A stretch of 64,000 nucleotides of DNA from a virus. The stretch is taken from positions 1 to 64,000 of IMG/VR virus record IMGVR_UViG_3300025769_012879; one strand, written 5' to 3'. The position numbers and the translations under genes were made by a program. The notes beneath the pieces are model-generated. The model searched no databases. It saw only the letters and a program-made list of their open reading frames with translations, and was not told where the DNA came from. Shown one piece after another: positions 25,125-35,164 of this stretch. Each line of letters starts with the position of its first letter. The first letter of the stretch is position 1.

Positions 25125-26124
25125 TGTAGTCGTTGGTCTTCAGTATGGTGATGAAGGCAAGGGAAAGGTCACTCACCATCTTTGCAAAACAGGAGGATAC
25201 ACACACGTCCTTCGCTTCAACGGTGGTTGTAATGCAGGTCACACAATCTACCATGAAGGTAAGAAGTTTGTGACTCATCATATTCCAGCGGGTGTCTTTT
25301 TTGGAATCAAAAGCATTATTGGAAACGGTTGTGTACTTGATCCAAAACAATTTTTTAAAGAGTTAGAAGAGTTGAAGGCAGGTGGAATTGACACAGAGGG
25401 TCTGATTTATATTGCTAAGAATTGTCATGTAATCACCAATAATCATAAGGAAGAGGATGGCAAGGACAGTACAATTGGGACTACAAAGCGTGGTAACGGT
25501 CCTGCTTATCGAGACAAGTATTCCAGAGATGGATTCTTAGCACAGGATATTCCAGAGTTGCGACCATATCTAATCGATCTACATGATGAGTTTTGGAATC
25601 ATGGTGAAGTAAAAATTCTTTGTGAGGGTGCTCAAGGTTTCGGTCTTGATATTGATTGGGGCGACTATCCATTTGTCACTTCCAGTCACTGTCTAACGTC
25701 CTCAGTCATGCTAAATGCAATTCCACACTACGCTATTCGTGATGTATGGGGTGTGGCAAAGGCATATGAGACCTACGTTGGTGCTAAGAAGTTCCAACCA
25801 CCACACAACAAGGTGTTTGATCATATTCAAGAGGTCGGACAAGAGTTTGGAGCAACAACTGGTAGAGTGAGGCAATGTAACTGGATTGATTTGCCTTTTT
25901 TAAAGCGATCAGTTCAATTAAATGCTGTAAATAAAATTGTCTTTAACAAGATGGATGTTATGAGGCAAGTCGGAAATTGGAGTCTGAAAAACAACGATGG
26001 ACAGTCTGAGTATTATGAATACTTTTCAAGTGAGAACGAGTTTACTCATAGAATTGAAGAGTACCTATCAAATGCGGTAAAAGATTTAGAAATTTATTTT
26101 TCAGATAATCCACATAAAATTTAG
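25114..26124 (+). CDS. purA: Adenylosuccinate synthetase (short form)
   Basis: GLQYGDEGKGK, NAGHT, GTTKRGNGPAY, EGAQG, GATTGRVR. Confidence 0.95.
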   Translation: MIADVVVGLQYGDEGKGKVTHHLCKTGGYTHVLRFNGGCNAGHTIYHEGKKFVTHHIPAGVFFGIKSIIGNGCVLDPKQFFKELEELKAGGIDTEGLIYIAKNCHVITNNHKEEDGKDSTIGTTKRGNGPAYRDKYSRDGFLAQDIPELRPYLIDLHDEFWNHGEVKILCEGAQGFGLDIDWGDYPFVTSSHCLTSSVMLNAIPHYAIRDVWGVAKAYETYVGAKKFQPPHNKVFDHIQEVGQEFGATTGRVRQCNWIDLPFLKRSVQLNAVNKIVFNKMDVMRQVGNWSLKNNDGQSEYYEYFSSENEFTHRIEEYLSNAVKDLEIYFSDNPHKI

Positions 26125-26132
26125 GAGATATT

Positions 26133-26348
26133 ATGACAGATAAATATTATAAATTTCATTTTAAGAATGATAGAGTCAGCAAGGTTAAAAGTTATGATGT
26201 TGAGAATCTAGATCAGTTCTCTGATGCTTTAAAGTTTGCTTATGATGCGCTTGATAATCTAAATGAAGTAGAAGGTGGATACAGAATCGTTGGGATTTAT
26301 GAAATTCTTTATCCGCACAACTTACAAAATCCCGATAACTTAAACTAA
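26133..26348 (+). CDS. Hypothetical protein
   Basis: AGGAG SD. Confidence 0.65.
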   Translation: MTDKYYKFHFKNDRVSKVKSYDVENLDQFSDALKFAYDALDNLNEVEGGYRIVGIYEILYPHNLQNPDNLN

Positions 26349-26351
26349 TTA
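26345..26351 (+). promoter_or_regulatory. Putative late promoter CTAATTA
   Basis: Upstream of clpP-like gene. Confidence 0.45.
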
Positions 26352-26365
26352 CAAAAGGAAACAAA

Positions 26366-27031
26366 ATGACAAGATATTATTGGTGCGACGATAAAACCAA
26401 AGAGAAAATCGAAGAAGAATCTCAAGATGACGGTGGAGTATCACCAATCATTCTAATGGGTGGACCTGATGGACCACCACCAGCCATGGACTGTATTGAC
26501 GTCTCTGACAACGTAATCATGTTTTATGGTGATGTCAGCGAAAAGAATGCAAAGGTTCTAAATAAGGCAATTAGAATGATAGACAAGGACCTACAAGTTT
26601 TCAAGGTCAAATATGATGCAGATCCACCACCAATTAAGTTACACATCAGTTCTTACGGTGGATCTGTTTTTGCAGGACTTTCAACAGTAGATGTAATTCT
26701 GAATTGTAAAACACCAGTTCACACTTACATTGATGGATCAGCCGCCTCAGCAGCAACTCTAATCAGCGTTGCCGGAGATAAGAGATTCATTTACGAGCAT
26801 TCACACATGCTTATCCACCAACTTTCCTCTTCTATGTGGGGCAAGTTTGAGGACTTCAAGGATGAGATGGAAAACCTCGACATGCTTATGACTAAGATCA
26901 AGAAGATCTACAAAGAAAAAACAAGTATGTCAATGAGGCAGATCACAGAAATACTTAAAAGAGACAAGTGGTTTGATGCTGAAAAGTGTGTTGAACTTGG
27001 ACTTGTCGATGAGATTGTAGAAAATGGCTAA
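26366..27031 (+). CDS. clpP: ClpP-family protease
   Basis: ISSYGGSV, AASAA, MLIHQ, DKWF..E...GLVD. Confidence 0.9.
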   Translation: MTRYYWCDDKTKEKIEEESQDDGGVSPIILMGGPDGPPPAMDCIDVSDNVIMFYGDVSEKNAKVLNKAIRMIDKDLQVFKVKYDADPPPIKLHISSYGGSVFAGLSTVDVILNCKTPVHTYIDGSAASAATLISVAGDKRFIYEHSHMLIHQLSSSMWGKFEDFKDEMENLDMLMTKIKKIYKEKTSMSMRQITEILKRDKWFDAEKCVELGLVDEIVENG

Positions 27032-28340
27032 AAAAACTTATGTTTTAGATACAAATGTTTATCTTTCTGACCCAACTGCTTTTAAAAACTTTGGAAGAAA
27101 CGATGTTGTTATTCCATTAAAGGTTCTTGAAGAGATCGATAAGCATAAGAAGAGACAGGACGGTGTGGGGGCTAATGCTCGCCACACCATTCGTCTTTTG
27201 GACGAGTATCGTGGAAAGGGATCTCTTGAAAAGGGGGTCCGTATTGAGAAGGGTAAGGGTCTGCTCAGAGCAAGAATCTCTGATATCAATGCTCTCCCAG
27301 CAGAGTCAAATAAAAAAGATCCAGACAACATTATTCTTGCCTGTGCTTTGAACGAAGTAAATGATGGTAAAAGAGTAGTTGTTGTTTCCCGCGACATTAA
27401 CCTCAGAGTGCGCTGTGACGCCCTTGGAATCCCTTGTGAGGGGTATGACATAAACCAAGTCGTAAATGACCGCAGCGAACTATACACGGGGTTTGAGAGG
27501 CATTTGGTAGATGACCAAACAATCGATCATTTTTACCAAGGTGAAAAAATCTTTGTGGATAAAGAAGAAAAGTTGTTATTACCTAATCAGTTTGTTATGT
27601 TGATCTCTAATTCTAATGAGAAGAAAACTGCCTTGGCAAGATTCTTAGCATACAACAAGCCTCTTGTAAAGGCAGGGATCCACAAACATGGAGTCTGGGA
27701 CATCACACCAAGAAACAAAGAGCAATCTTTTGCCATTGATCTCTTATTGGACCCAAGTATTCCTATTGTATCCCTCATTGGTGCCGCTGGTTGCGGTAAA
27801 ACTCTATTGGCTGTGGCTGCTGGATTGGAACAAGTTTTAGACGAGGGTTCACAAGAACCAATCTATAATAAACTTGTAGTGTCCAGACCAATTATGCCTA
27901 TGGGTAGAGACATTGGTTACTTGCCAGGAACCATGGAAGAGAAGATGGCACCTTGGTTAGCACCTGTTCAAGATAACTTAAAGTTTTTGATGGGTAATGA
28001 TAAAGTATTGCTTGAAATGTATGCGGAAAAAGGTATTATTGAGATTGAGGCGCTCACTTATATTCGTGGTCGTTCAATTGCAAATGCTTTTATCATCATT
28101 GATGAGGCACAGAACTTATCAGTTCACGAGTTAAAAACAATTATTACTCGTGTTGGTGAGGGTACAAAGATTGTCCTCACAGGTGATATTGAGCAGATCG
28201 ATACCGTATACTTGGACGCAACAAGCAACGGTCTATCCTACGCTGTTGAGAAGTTCAAGGAGCACGATCTCGCAGGTCACGTTTCACTACAGAAGGGTGA
28301 GAGATCAAAGGTCGCGACATTAGCAGCAAAGGTGTTATAA
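27024..28340 (+). CDS. phoH: PIN-domain PhoH-family ATPase
   Basis: VLDTNV PIN motif; GAAGCGKT, RDIGYLPG, YIRGRS, IIDEAQN, GDIEQID. Confidence 0.95.
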   Translation: MAKKTYVLDTNVYLSDPTAFKNFGRNDVVIPLKVLEEIDKHKKRQDGVGANARHTIRLLDEYRGKGSLEKGVRIEKGKGLLRARISDINALPAESNKKDPDNIILACALNEVNDGKRVVVVSRDINLRVRCDALGIPCEGYDINQVVNDRSELYTGFERHLVDDQTIDHFYQGEKIFVDKEEKLLLPNQFVMLISNSNEKKTALARFLAYNKPLVKAGIHKHGVWDITPRNKEQSFAIDLLLDPSIPIVSLIGAAGCGKTLLAVAAGLEQVLDEGSQEPIYNKLVVSRPIMPMGRDIGYLPGTMEEKMAPWLAPVQDNLKFLMGNDKVLLEMYAEKGIIEIEALTYIRGRSIANAFIIIDEAQNLSVHELKTIITRVGEGTKIVLTGDIEQIDTVYLDATSNGLSYAVEKFKEHDLAGHVSLQKGERSKVATLAAKVL

Positions 28341-28588
28341 TGAATTTAAAGGAATATATGATCGACTATGTTGGAAACAAGCACAACCCTGAAAATGATG
28401 ATGTTACAGTCGATATGGTTGTAGAAACTTTGGCAGAGGAGTTTCCTGAGTTTCTACTTATGGTTGCAGAGGAGAACTATATCAGAGGGTATGAACAAGC
28501 ACTCGATGATGTTAATAGTGTAAAACAAAAGTATGGACAGCAAGCAGCAGTACATAAGAAGAAGAGCAAAAAGCGCAAAAATAAATAA
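28340..28588 (+). CDS. Conserved phage hypothetical protein
   Basis: LAEEFPEF..AEENYIRGYEQAL. Confidence 0.7.
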   Translation: MNLKEYMIDYVGNKHNPENDDVTVDMVVETLAEEFPEFLLMVAEENYIRGYEQALDDVNSVKQKYGQQAAVHKKKSKKRKNK

Positions 28589-29180
28589 TGGTTTTACTAT
28601 AAACGGCGTCAAAGTTCAAGTTGGTGAGAAACCTAACTTTGATGTTGAAAAGTTTCTGAAAAATAAATTTAGTAAGTTACCTAACAATTTAGTAAATTGC
28701 GTCAATAAAATTATTTTTGGTGGATTTCACCTTAGTCCTGAGTATATTGGTAAATCTGTAAATGATGTTATATACTTAAGCAATAAATCTAATGAAGAAG
28801 ATCTCTTTTCTGATCTTATCCACGAGTTGGCACACGCTTTTATTAGAAAGAACCATAAACAAGTTTTTGGTGATGGCAAACTTAAAAAAGAATTTCTATC
28901 TAAAAGAAATAAGTTATATCACAAAATGAGATCAAGTGGGATAAATTTGCCACCTCATCAGTATTTTGAAAATCCAAATTTTGATAGAAAATTTGATGGG
29001 TATTTGAATAGAGCGGTGGGATATGATCTTCTTAGTCAGTTAATCTCTGGTATATTTCCAACTTGTTATAGCGTTAGTTCTTTGGATGAATACTTTTCAG
29101 TTGGTCTTGAATTACTATTTACTGGTAAGGGCAGGATGCTTGAGGACTGTCCTGTATTGAGAGAGAAGGTGTCATTATGA
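28533..29180 (+). CDS. Zincin-like metallopeptidase
   Basis: IHELAHA and downstream SLDEYFS. Confidence 0.65.
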   Translation: MDSKQQYIRRRAKSAKINNGFTINGVKVQVGEKPNFDVEKFLKNKFSKLPNNLVNCVNKIIFGGFHLSPEYIGKSVNDVIYLSNKSNEEDLFSDLIHELAHAFIRKNHKQVFGDGKLKKEFLSKRNKLYHKMRSSGINLPPHQYFENPNFDRKFDGYLNRAVGYDLLSQLISGIFPTCYSVSSLDEYFSVGLELLFTGKGRMLEDCPVLREKVSL

Positions 29181-29431
29181 GAAAACCAAGAGTTCTTTTT
29201 GAACAAGCACTAACAGAAAAAATGCAGCGTTTGCGAAATAAAGTAGCAGCAAAACAAAAAGAAAAGCAAAAACGTAAAGAAGACGAGAAGAAGAAAGGAT
29301 TTGAAAAATTTTACAAGATGAGTTATAATGAACTACGTCAAGAGGCAAGAGATTTAGAAATATCCACTTGGCGTAAGACAAAAGAGGATTTAATTGAAGA
29401 ACTCATCCGAGAATACAAAAGATTACATTAG
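29177..29431 (+). CDS. Small protein with Rho-N/HeH-like nucleic-acid-binding domain
   Basis: MSYNELRQEARDLEI..KTKEDLIEEL. Confidence 0.55.
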   Translation: MRKPRVLFEQALTEKMQRLRNKVAAKQKEKQKRKEDEKKKGFEKFYKMSYNELRQEARDLEISTWRKTKEDLIEELIREYKRLH

Positions 29432-30170
29432 TTACTCACGCTACAAGATGTTTAGTGAGTGCGGTTGGCGATACCGCTTAGTTTACAAAGACAAGATTCC
29501 ATATTACTCCAGCAATGAGTACACAGCGTTTGGTACAGCAATCCACGCTACTTGTGAGAATGTCCTCTTTGGAAATGAGAACGCAAAACCAGAAGAATAT
29601 TTTGTTGAGCAGTTTACAAACGAGCGCAAAGAGGTTGAGAAACCAGATGACGTTCTAGCGGAGCAGATGCTCTCACAAGGCAAGACAATACTCCCACAGG
29701 TACAAGGAGCAGTTAAGAGCGTCTTTGGCGATTACAAGGTATTCTCAGTCGAAGAAGAACTATTACAACCTATCAGAGATGACCTTGATTTCAAGGGATA
29801 TATCGATATGGTTCTAAAAACACCTGATGGCAAGTACCACATTTTAGATTGGAAAACTTGTTCATGGGGTTGGAACGCTCAAAAGAAATCTGATAAACTC
29901 ATGACTTATCAGTTAACGCTATACAAAAAATATTTCTGTGAAAAACACGACATTGATCCAAGTATGGTTGAGACATACTTTGGTTTATTGAAGAGAACCC
30001 CAAAGAAAAACAACGTTGAGATCTTTCGTGTAACAAGTGGCAACAAAAAAACTGAAAATGCCCTTAAATCATTAAATAATTTTATCTATAATACTGACAA
30101 GAATATGTTTTTCAAGAACAGACTCTCTTGCAAATACTGTTCTTTCTATAAAACAGAACATTGTAGGTAA
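29394..30170 (+). CDS. Cas4/AddB-like PD-(D/E)XK nuclease
   Basis: ISYS..C; GTAIH; GYID..ILDWKT; QLTLY; CKYC..C. Confidence 0.9.
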   Translation: MKNSSENTKDYISYSRYKMFSECGWRYRLVYKDKIPYYSSNEYTAFGTAIHATCENVLFGNENAKPEEYFVEQFTNERKEVEKPDDVLAEQMLSQGKTILPQVQGAVKSVFGDYKVFSVEEELLQPIRDDLDFKGYIDMVLKTPDGKYHILDWKTCSWGWNAQKKSDKLMTYQLTLYKKYFCEKHDIDPSMVETYFGLLKRTPKKNNVEIFRVTSGNKKTENALKSLNNFIYNTDKNMFFKNRLSCKYCSFYKTEHCR

Positions 30171-30175
30171 AATTA

Positions 30176-31447
30176 ATGGAAGAAAAAAGAATTAAAGTGC
30201 TCACTCTTGGTGATATGCCTTTGAGCACATCTGGAGTTGGCAATCAATCAAGATATGTTATAGAGGCGCTTCTGAAGAGTGGAAAATTTGAAGTTTTCTC
30301 TCTTGGTGGTGCTATGAAACACCCACAATATCAATTGATAAAGACAGAAGAATGGGGCGATTTGTGGAGAATTTTGCCGGTAGATCAGTTTGGAACAAAA
30401 GAAATTGTTCGTTCGGTAATTTGGAGAGAAAAACCAGATATTCTTTGGTTTATGACTGATCCTCGTTTTTGGGGTTGGTTGTGGGAAATGGATAACGAAA
30501 TTCGCACTAATGTCCCTATGGTTTATTATCACGTTTGGGATAACTATCCATATCCAAAATTTAATAAGAGATTTTATGAAAGTAATGATGTTATCGCTAC
30601 AATTTCTAAGTTAACTGATGACATTGTTAGAACAGTTGCCCCTGATGTAGAGGCAAAATATATTCCACATGCAGTAGATACAGAGACATTCAAAAAATTA
30701 TCAGATGAGGACATTCAGACTTTAAGAAAGAAGAATACAGACATCAACGGTGAAAGTTTAGATGAAAAGTTTATTGTACTATTCAATAGTAGGAATGCCA
30801 GAAGAAAACACAGTGGTACGCTAATTTTTTGGTTTAAAGAATTCTTAGAAAGGATTGGCGAAGATAAAGCGGTTCTTCTAATGCATACTGAACCAAAAGA
30901 TCCAAATGGTCCTGATTTAACTCAAATAATTGAAGATTTAGAACTCAACAAAGGGCAAGTTTTATTCTCTAGAGAGAAAGTAAGCGATAAAGAAATGGCG
31001 TCCATGTATAATTTAGCAGACGTAACGGTCAACATTTCAGATGCTGAAGGATTTGGTTTGTCGTGCCTTGAATCGCTCTCTTGTGGAACCCCTGTGGTCG
31101 GTGTTAGAACAGGAGGACTGCAAGACCAACTAACTAACGGTGAAGAGGTTTATGGTAAAATGATTGAACCATGTTCTCAGCAGATTGTTGGTTCACAATT
31201 AGTTCCATACGTTATGGAAGACAGAATAAACAAGCAAGACTTTATAAATGCTCTGTACGACATGTATTTTGCAGGAAAAGAAGGCAGGGAAGAGATTGGT
31301 GCAAAGGGAAGAGAGCATGTTATGAAAAATTTCAATTTTGAAAAGTTTAACGATTCATGGGTAAAGTTAATGACATCAACGCACGAAAAACATGGTTCTT
31401 GGAAAAATAGAAAAAATCGTCAAAATTGGAGAAGTGAATCACTATGA
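30176..31447 (+). CDS. Glycosyltransferase, GT-B/GT4
   Basis: RNARRK; EGFGLSCLES. Confidence 0.9.
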   Translation: MEEKRIKVLTLGDMPLSTSGVGNQSRYVIEALLKSGKFEVFSLGGAMKHPQYQLIKTEEWGDLWRILPVDQFGTKEIVRSVIWREKPDILWFMTDPRFWGWLWEMDNEIRTNVPMVYYHVWDNYPYPKFNKRFYESNDVIATISKLTDDIVRTVAPDVEAKYIPHAVDTETFKKLSDEDIQTLRKKNTDINGESLDEKFIVLFNSRNARRKHSGTLIFWFKEFLERIGEDKAVLLMHTEPKDPNGPDLTQIIEDLELNKGQVLFSREKVSDKEMASMYNLADVTVNISDAEGFGLSCLESLSCGTPVVGVRTGGLQDQLTNGEEVYGKMIEPCSQQIVGSQLVPYVMEDRINKQDFINALYDMYFAGKEGREEIGAKGREHVMKNFNFEKFNDSWVKLMTSTHEKHGSWKNRKNRQNWRSESL

Positions 31448-32736
31448 AAAAGAAAGTATTGTTAGTTGGACCAGTATTAACACAATCGGGGTATGGAGAA
31501 CATGCTAGAATGGTTTATCGATCTTTAAAAAGTCGTCCGGATATTTTTGAGATATTTGTAAATCCTGTAAATTGGGGATCAACTAGTTGGACTTCAGAAG
31601 ACAGCGAAGAGCGAAAAGAAATTGATGAAATTATTAATAAAACATTTGAGCACATGCAAAAACAATTGCCTTTTGATGCAACTATCATGGTAACAATCCC
31701 GATTGAATGGAAGCAATATCGATCTGCTCCAATCAACATCGGCGTTTGTGCAGGCATTGAATCAAACATGGTATCGCCGCACTGGTTAGATGCAGCGAAT
31801 AGTTTTGTAGATAAGGTGATTGTCCCATCTGATTTTTCAAAAAGAACGTTCACAGACGGAGAGTGGGGCGCTAAAGATCCTAACGGAAATGAGGTTAAGT
31901 TAATATGCAACACAGGAGTTGAAGTAGTTCATTATCCAGTAGAAGAAGAATATTTGAACCCTTCTGACTGTTTGCACGAGAGTTTTAAGTTCAAATATGA
32001 TTTTAACTTTTTATGCGTTGCACAGTGGGGACCTAGAAAGAATATAGAAAACACAATAAGGTATTTTGTAGAAGAGTTCAAGGATGAGGAAGTTGGTCTT
32101 GTCTTGAAAGTTTCAATCAAGGATGGTTCAACAATAGATTTTTACGAAGCAAAAAAGAGACTGACAGCACTTTTAAGTTCATATCCTGATAGAAAATGCG
32201 ATGTTAACTTAATTCATGGATATATGAGCAAGGAAGAGTTAAGTTCTCTCTACACTCATCCACAAATCAAAGCAATGATTAACTTTGGTCACGGAGAAGG
32301 TTATGGTTTGCCATTATTTGAAGCAGCAGCAGTCGGACTTCCAGTAATTACTCATGATTGGGGTGGGCAAAAAGACTTTCTATACGCACCAAAGAAGGAT
32401 AAGAAGGGTAAAGAAAAGATTAAACCACATTTCAGCAAAATCTCTTATGATTTAAATCCAATTCAAAAAGAAGCAGTCTGGGATGGTGTTTTGCAACCTG
32501 AAACAAAATGGGCGTTTCCTCACTGGGGATCGTGTCGTATTGCCATGAGACAGTGCTTTGAAAACTACGGACTCTTCTCTGGACAAGCAAAGAAGTTGAA
32601 GAAGTGGGTGGTCAAAACTTTCACTAAAGAGAGTATAGAAAAAGAGTTTATTGAAAAGTCTTTAGGGGATTATTTTATCCTGAACGATATTCACGATGAA
32701 ATCGATGATATGATAAGTGGATTAATGGATGATTAA
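31444..32736 (+). CDS. Glycosyltransferase, GT-B/GT4
   Basis: SGYG; PRKN; GEGYGLPLFEA. Confidence 0.9.
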   Translation: MKKKVLLVGPVLTQSGYGEHARMVYRSLKSRPDIFEIFVNPVNWGSTSWTSEDSEERKEIDEIINKTFEHMQKQLPFDATIMVTIPIEWKQYRSAPINIGVCAGIESNMVSPHWLDAANSFVDKVIVPSDFSKRTFTDGEWGAKDPNGNEVKLICNTGVEVVHYPVEEEYLNPSDCLHESFKFKYDFNFLCVAQWGPRKNIENTIRYFVEEFKDEEVGLVLKVSIKDGSTIDFYEAKKRLTALLSSYPDRKCDVNLIHGYMSKEELSSLYTHPQIKAMINFGHGEGYGLPLFEAAAVGLPVITHDWGGQKDFLYAPKKDKKGKEKIKPHFSKISYDLNPIQKEAVWDGVLQPETKWAFPHWGSCRIAMRQCFENYGLFSGQAKKLKKWVVKTFTKESIEKEFIEKSLGDYFILNDIHDEIDDMISGLMDD

Positions 32737-35164
32737 AAAAATAATATTTGTCTCAGATTTTTTCACTGAACAATTGACTGGAGGCGCGGAATTAACTTTT
32801 GAGGCGCTGATTGAATCATGTATATTTTCACATATAAAAGTGAATTCGAAGCAGTTAACAAAAACTTTTATTAATGACAATAAAGACAATTATTGGATTT
32901 TTGGAAATACTCATACTTTAAATGATGAGTTGTTGTTTTATATTAGTAAAAATTTAAATTATTCAACAATACAGTTTGATTACAAGTTTTGTAAGTATCG
33001 ACTACCAGAACTTCACGAGGAGAAGGGAGAAAATCCTTGTGATTGTAGTTCAAGTCGCCACGGTAAGATTTATTCAATCTTTTTAGCAAAATCTAACTCT
33101 ATTTGGTGGATGTCTAAAGAACAAAGAGATATTCACTTTTCCCACTTTCCTTATTTAGAAAAAACAGAAAATCATGTTTTAAGTTCCGTTTTTTCAGATA
33201 GTAACTTAAAGTTTTTTGAAGAGCATGAAAAGCAAGATAAAAATAATAAATACATTATTTTAAACTCAAATTCATGGGTCAAGGGAGTTCAAAAATCAAT
33301 AGAATATGCCGAGAAGAACAAACTTGACTATGATCTAGTTGAAAAGTTAACACATGATCAACTTTTAAGGACTTTAAGTGAATATAGTGGTTTGATATTT
33401 TTACCACAAGGGAAAGATACCTGTCCTCGTATAACAATTGAAGCAAAATTACTTGACTGTGAATTGATATTAAATGATAATGTCCAACACAAGGACGAAG
33501 AATGGTTTGAGAATAAAGATAAAATTATCGAGCATCTTAAAGAAAGTAAGAAACTATTTTGGAAGTATTTTGAAGATTTGTTTTTGAATAGTCTTGAAGG
33601 AGACGAAGATATACATTTCAAATTGGTTGTGACTTGTAGAAATGCGGAAGATACAATTGTTAAAACTATTAATAGTATTAAGGAACAAACATACTCAAAC
33701 TTTGAGTGCATTATTTCAGATGATTACTCAACTGATAAAACCTGCTCAATAATTGAAAGAGAAATTGACGGTGACAGTAGATTTAAGTTGGTTAAAAATG
33801 ATAAACAATCATTTCCTTGTAAAAATACTGAGATAGCAATTGACTCTTCTACAGATATAAAAGACGATGACGTAATATTTGTTCTTGGTGGTGATGATTG
33901 GTTACCAAGTAGAATAGTCTTGAGCAGACTTGCGTATCACTACAAATTAAATGATTGTTGGTGTACTTATGGTTCCTGGTGGACACAGAACAAAGAAATG
34001 ACTCCTTTTTATATGCAACAGTACAGAGCAGACATTGTAAAATTAAATCTCTTTAGAAGTTCTCCCTGGGTAGCATCTTCTCCAAGAACATTCAAATATT
34101 TCTTATGGGATAAGATTGACAAAGAGGATCTTACGGATGTTGATGGGGAATACTATAAGTGTGCAACAGATTTTGCCTACTTCATACCAATATTGGAAAT
34201 GGCAGGAAATAGAAGTTTGTACATAAACGATATTTTGTACACATATAATCGTGAAACACCAATGAATATGGATAAAATATATCCTGGCAAACAGCACGAA
34301 AATGAATTAAAGATAAGAAAAAGAAAGAGGTACTCACCGTTAAACTCTAACTATCCAAACTGGAGTATCGCTTGCATATCTTATAATGATGCTAAATACT
34401 TGCAAGGGTTTTTGAACTCCTGTTTAGGTCAAGAAGGTCTCAAAGACATATTTGTTGTTGACCATAGAAGTGATGATAATACCCATGATGTTTTAGAGAG
34501 AATGAAAGATAAGTGCTCTGAGCATGGTATAGAACTAAACTCAGTAAGATGTGAACAAGATTTTAGTGCCAACTTTACTATGGCAGATTTAAGACTGATG
34601 AGTGTGAAGGGGTGTAAACAAGAACTTGTTTCTATACAAGATGCAGATAACCTGCTTGGTCCAAACATGCCAGAACTTGTTAGAGCAGCGTCAATAGTTT
34701 TGAATAAAGACCGTAAAAAATATCTCTTCGGTGTATCATATCCAGTGCCCGTCGTTTATGACGGGATAGAGATTCACAACAAAAAAGTTGTTAATCATGG
34801 TCGATGCATCATGCATAACCCAATACCAAGAATTTTATTAAAAAGTCGCACTGATTGCTATCAAGACGGAAGATATTATAGATTCAAAGACATTCATGCT
34901 CCAAACGGAGAAAATGATAGTTTGGTAGTTAGGATGCCATACGCTGCAAGCACAAACATTTCTTTGAGTTTTAGAGATAAAGAGAGGCAAAAGTTAAGAA
35001 GTGTGATGGGTGATTATTTTGAGAAATCAACAAGTGGAGAAGTTGATAAAGGTTATTTAGATAGTTTTAAAGATGGTGATCTCGGCAAGGGAGAAGTGTT
35101 TGATATTGACGGCATGGAAAACCCAATATTCTCAATTGTTGATGAGGAATATAATTGTCAATGA
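32729..35164 (+). CDS. Tri-modular glycosyltransferase (GT-B-like plus two GT2-like domains)
   Basis: GGAE..DTCPRITIEA; SDDYSTD..GGDDW; VDHRSDD..QDAD. Confidence 0.8.
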   Translation: MIKKIIFVSDFFTEQLTGGAELTFEALIESCIFSHIKVNSKQLTKTFINDNKDNYWIFGNTHTLNDELLFYISKNLNYSTIQFDYKFCKYRLPELHEEKGENPCDCSSSRHGKIYSIFLAKSNSIWWMSKEQRDIHFSHFPYLEKTENHVLSSVFSDSNLKFFEEHEKQDKNNKYIILNSNSWVKGVQKSIEYAEKNKLDYDLVEKLTHDQLLRTLSEYSGLIFLPQGKDTCPRITIEAKLLDCELILNDNVQHKDEEWFENKDKIIEHLKESKKLFWKYFEDLFLNSLEGDEDIHFKLVVTCRNAEDTIVKTINSIKEQTYSNFECIISDDYSTDKTCSIIEREIDGDSRFKLVKNDKQSFPCKNTEIAIDSSTDIKDDDVIFVLGGDDWLPSRIVLSRLAYHYKLNDCWCTYGSWWTQNKEMTPFYMQQYRADIVKLNLFRSSPWVASSPRTFKYFLWDKIDKEDLTDVDGEYYKCATDFAYFIPILEMAGNRSLYINDILYTYNRETPMNMDKIYPGKQHENELKIRKRKRYSPLNSNYPNWSIACISYNDAKYLQGFLNSCLGQEGLKDIFVVDHRSDDNTHDVLERMKDKCSEHGIELNSVRCEQDFSANFTMADLRLMSVKGCKQELVSIQDADNLLGPNMPELVRAASIVLNKDRKKYLFGVSYPVPVVYDGIEIHNKKVVNHGRCIMHNPIPRILLKSRTDCYQDGRYYRFKDIHAPNGENDSLVVRMPYAASTNISLSFRDKERQKLRSVMGDYFEKSTSGEVDKGYLDSFKDGDLGKGEVFDIDGMENPIFSIVDEEYNCQ

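Noticed and set aside
25114-26124. PurZ (2-aminoadenine DNA)
   Set aside because: Keeps GDEGKG Asp rather than the Ser typical of PurZ; no datZ- or mazZ-like neighbour seen. Not fully excluded without phylogeny.
29394-30170. CRISPR-Cas locus from the Cas4-like gene
   Set aside because: Stand-alone PD-(D/E)XK nuclease common in phages; no other cas genes or array.
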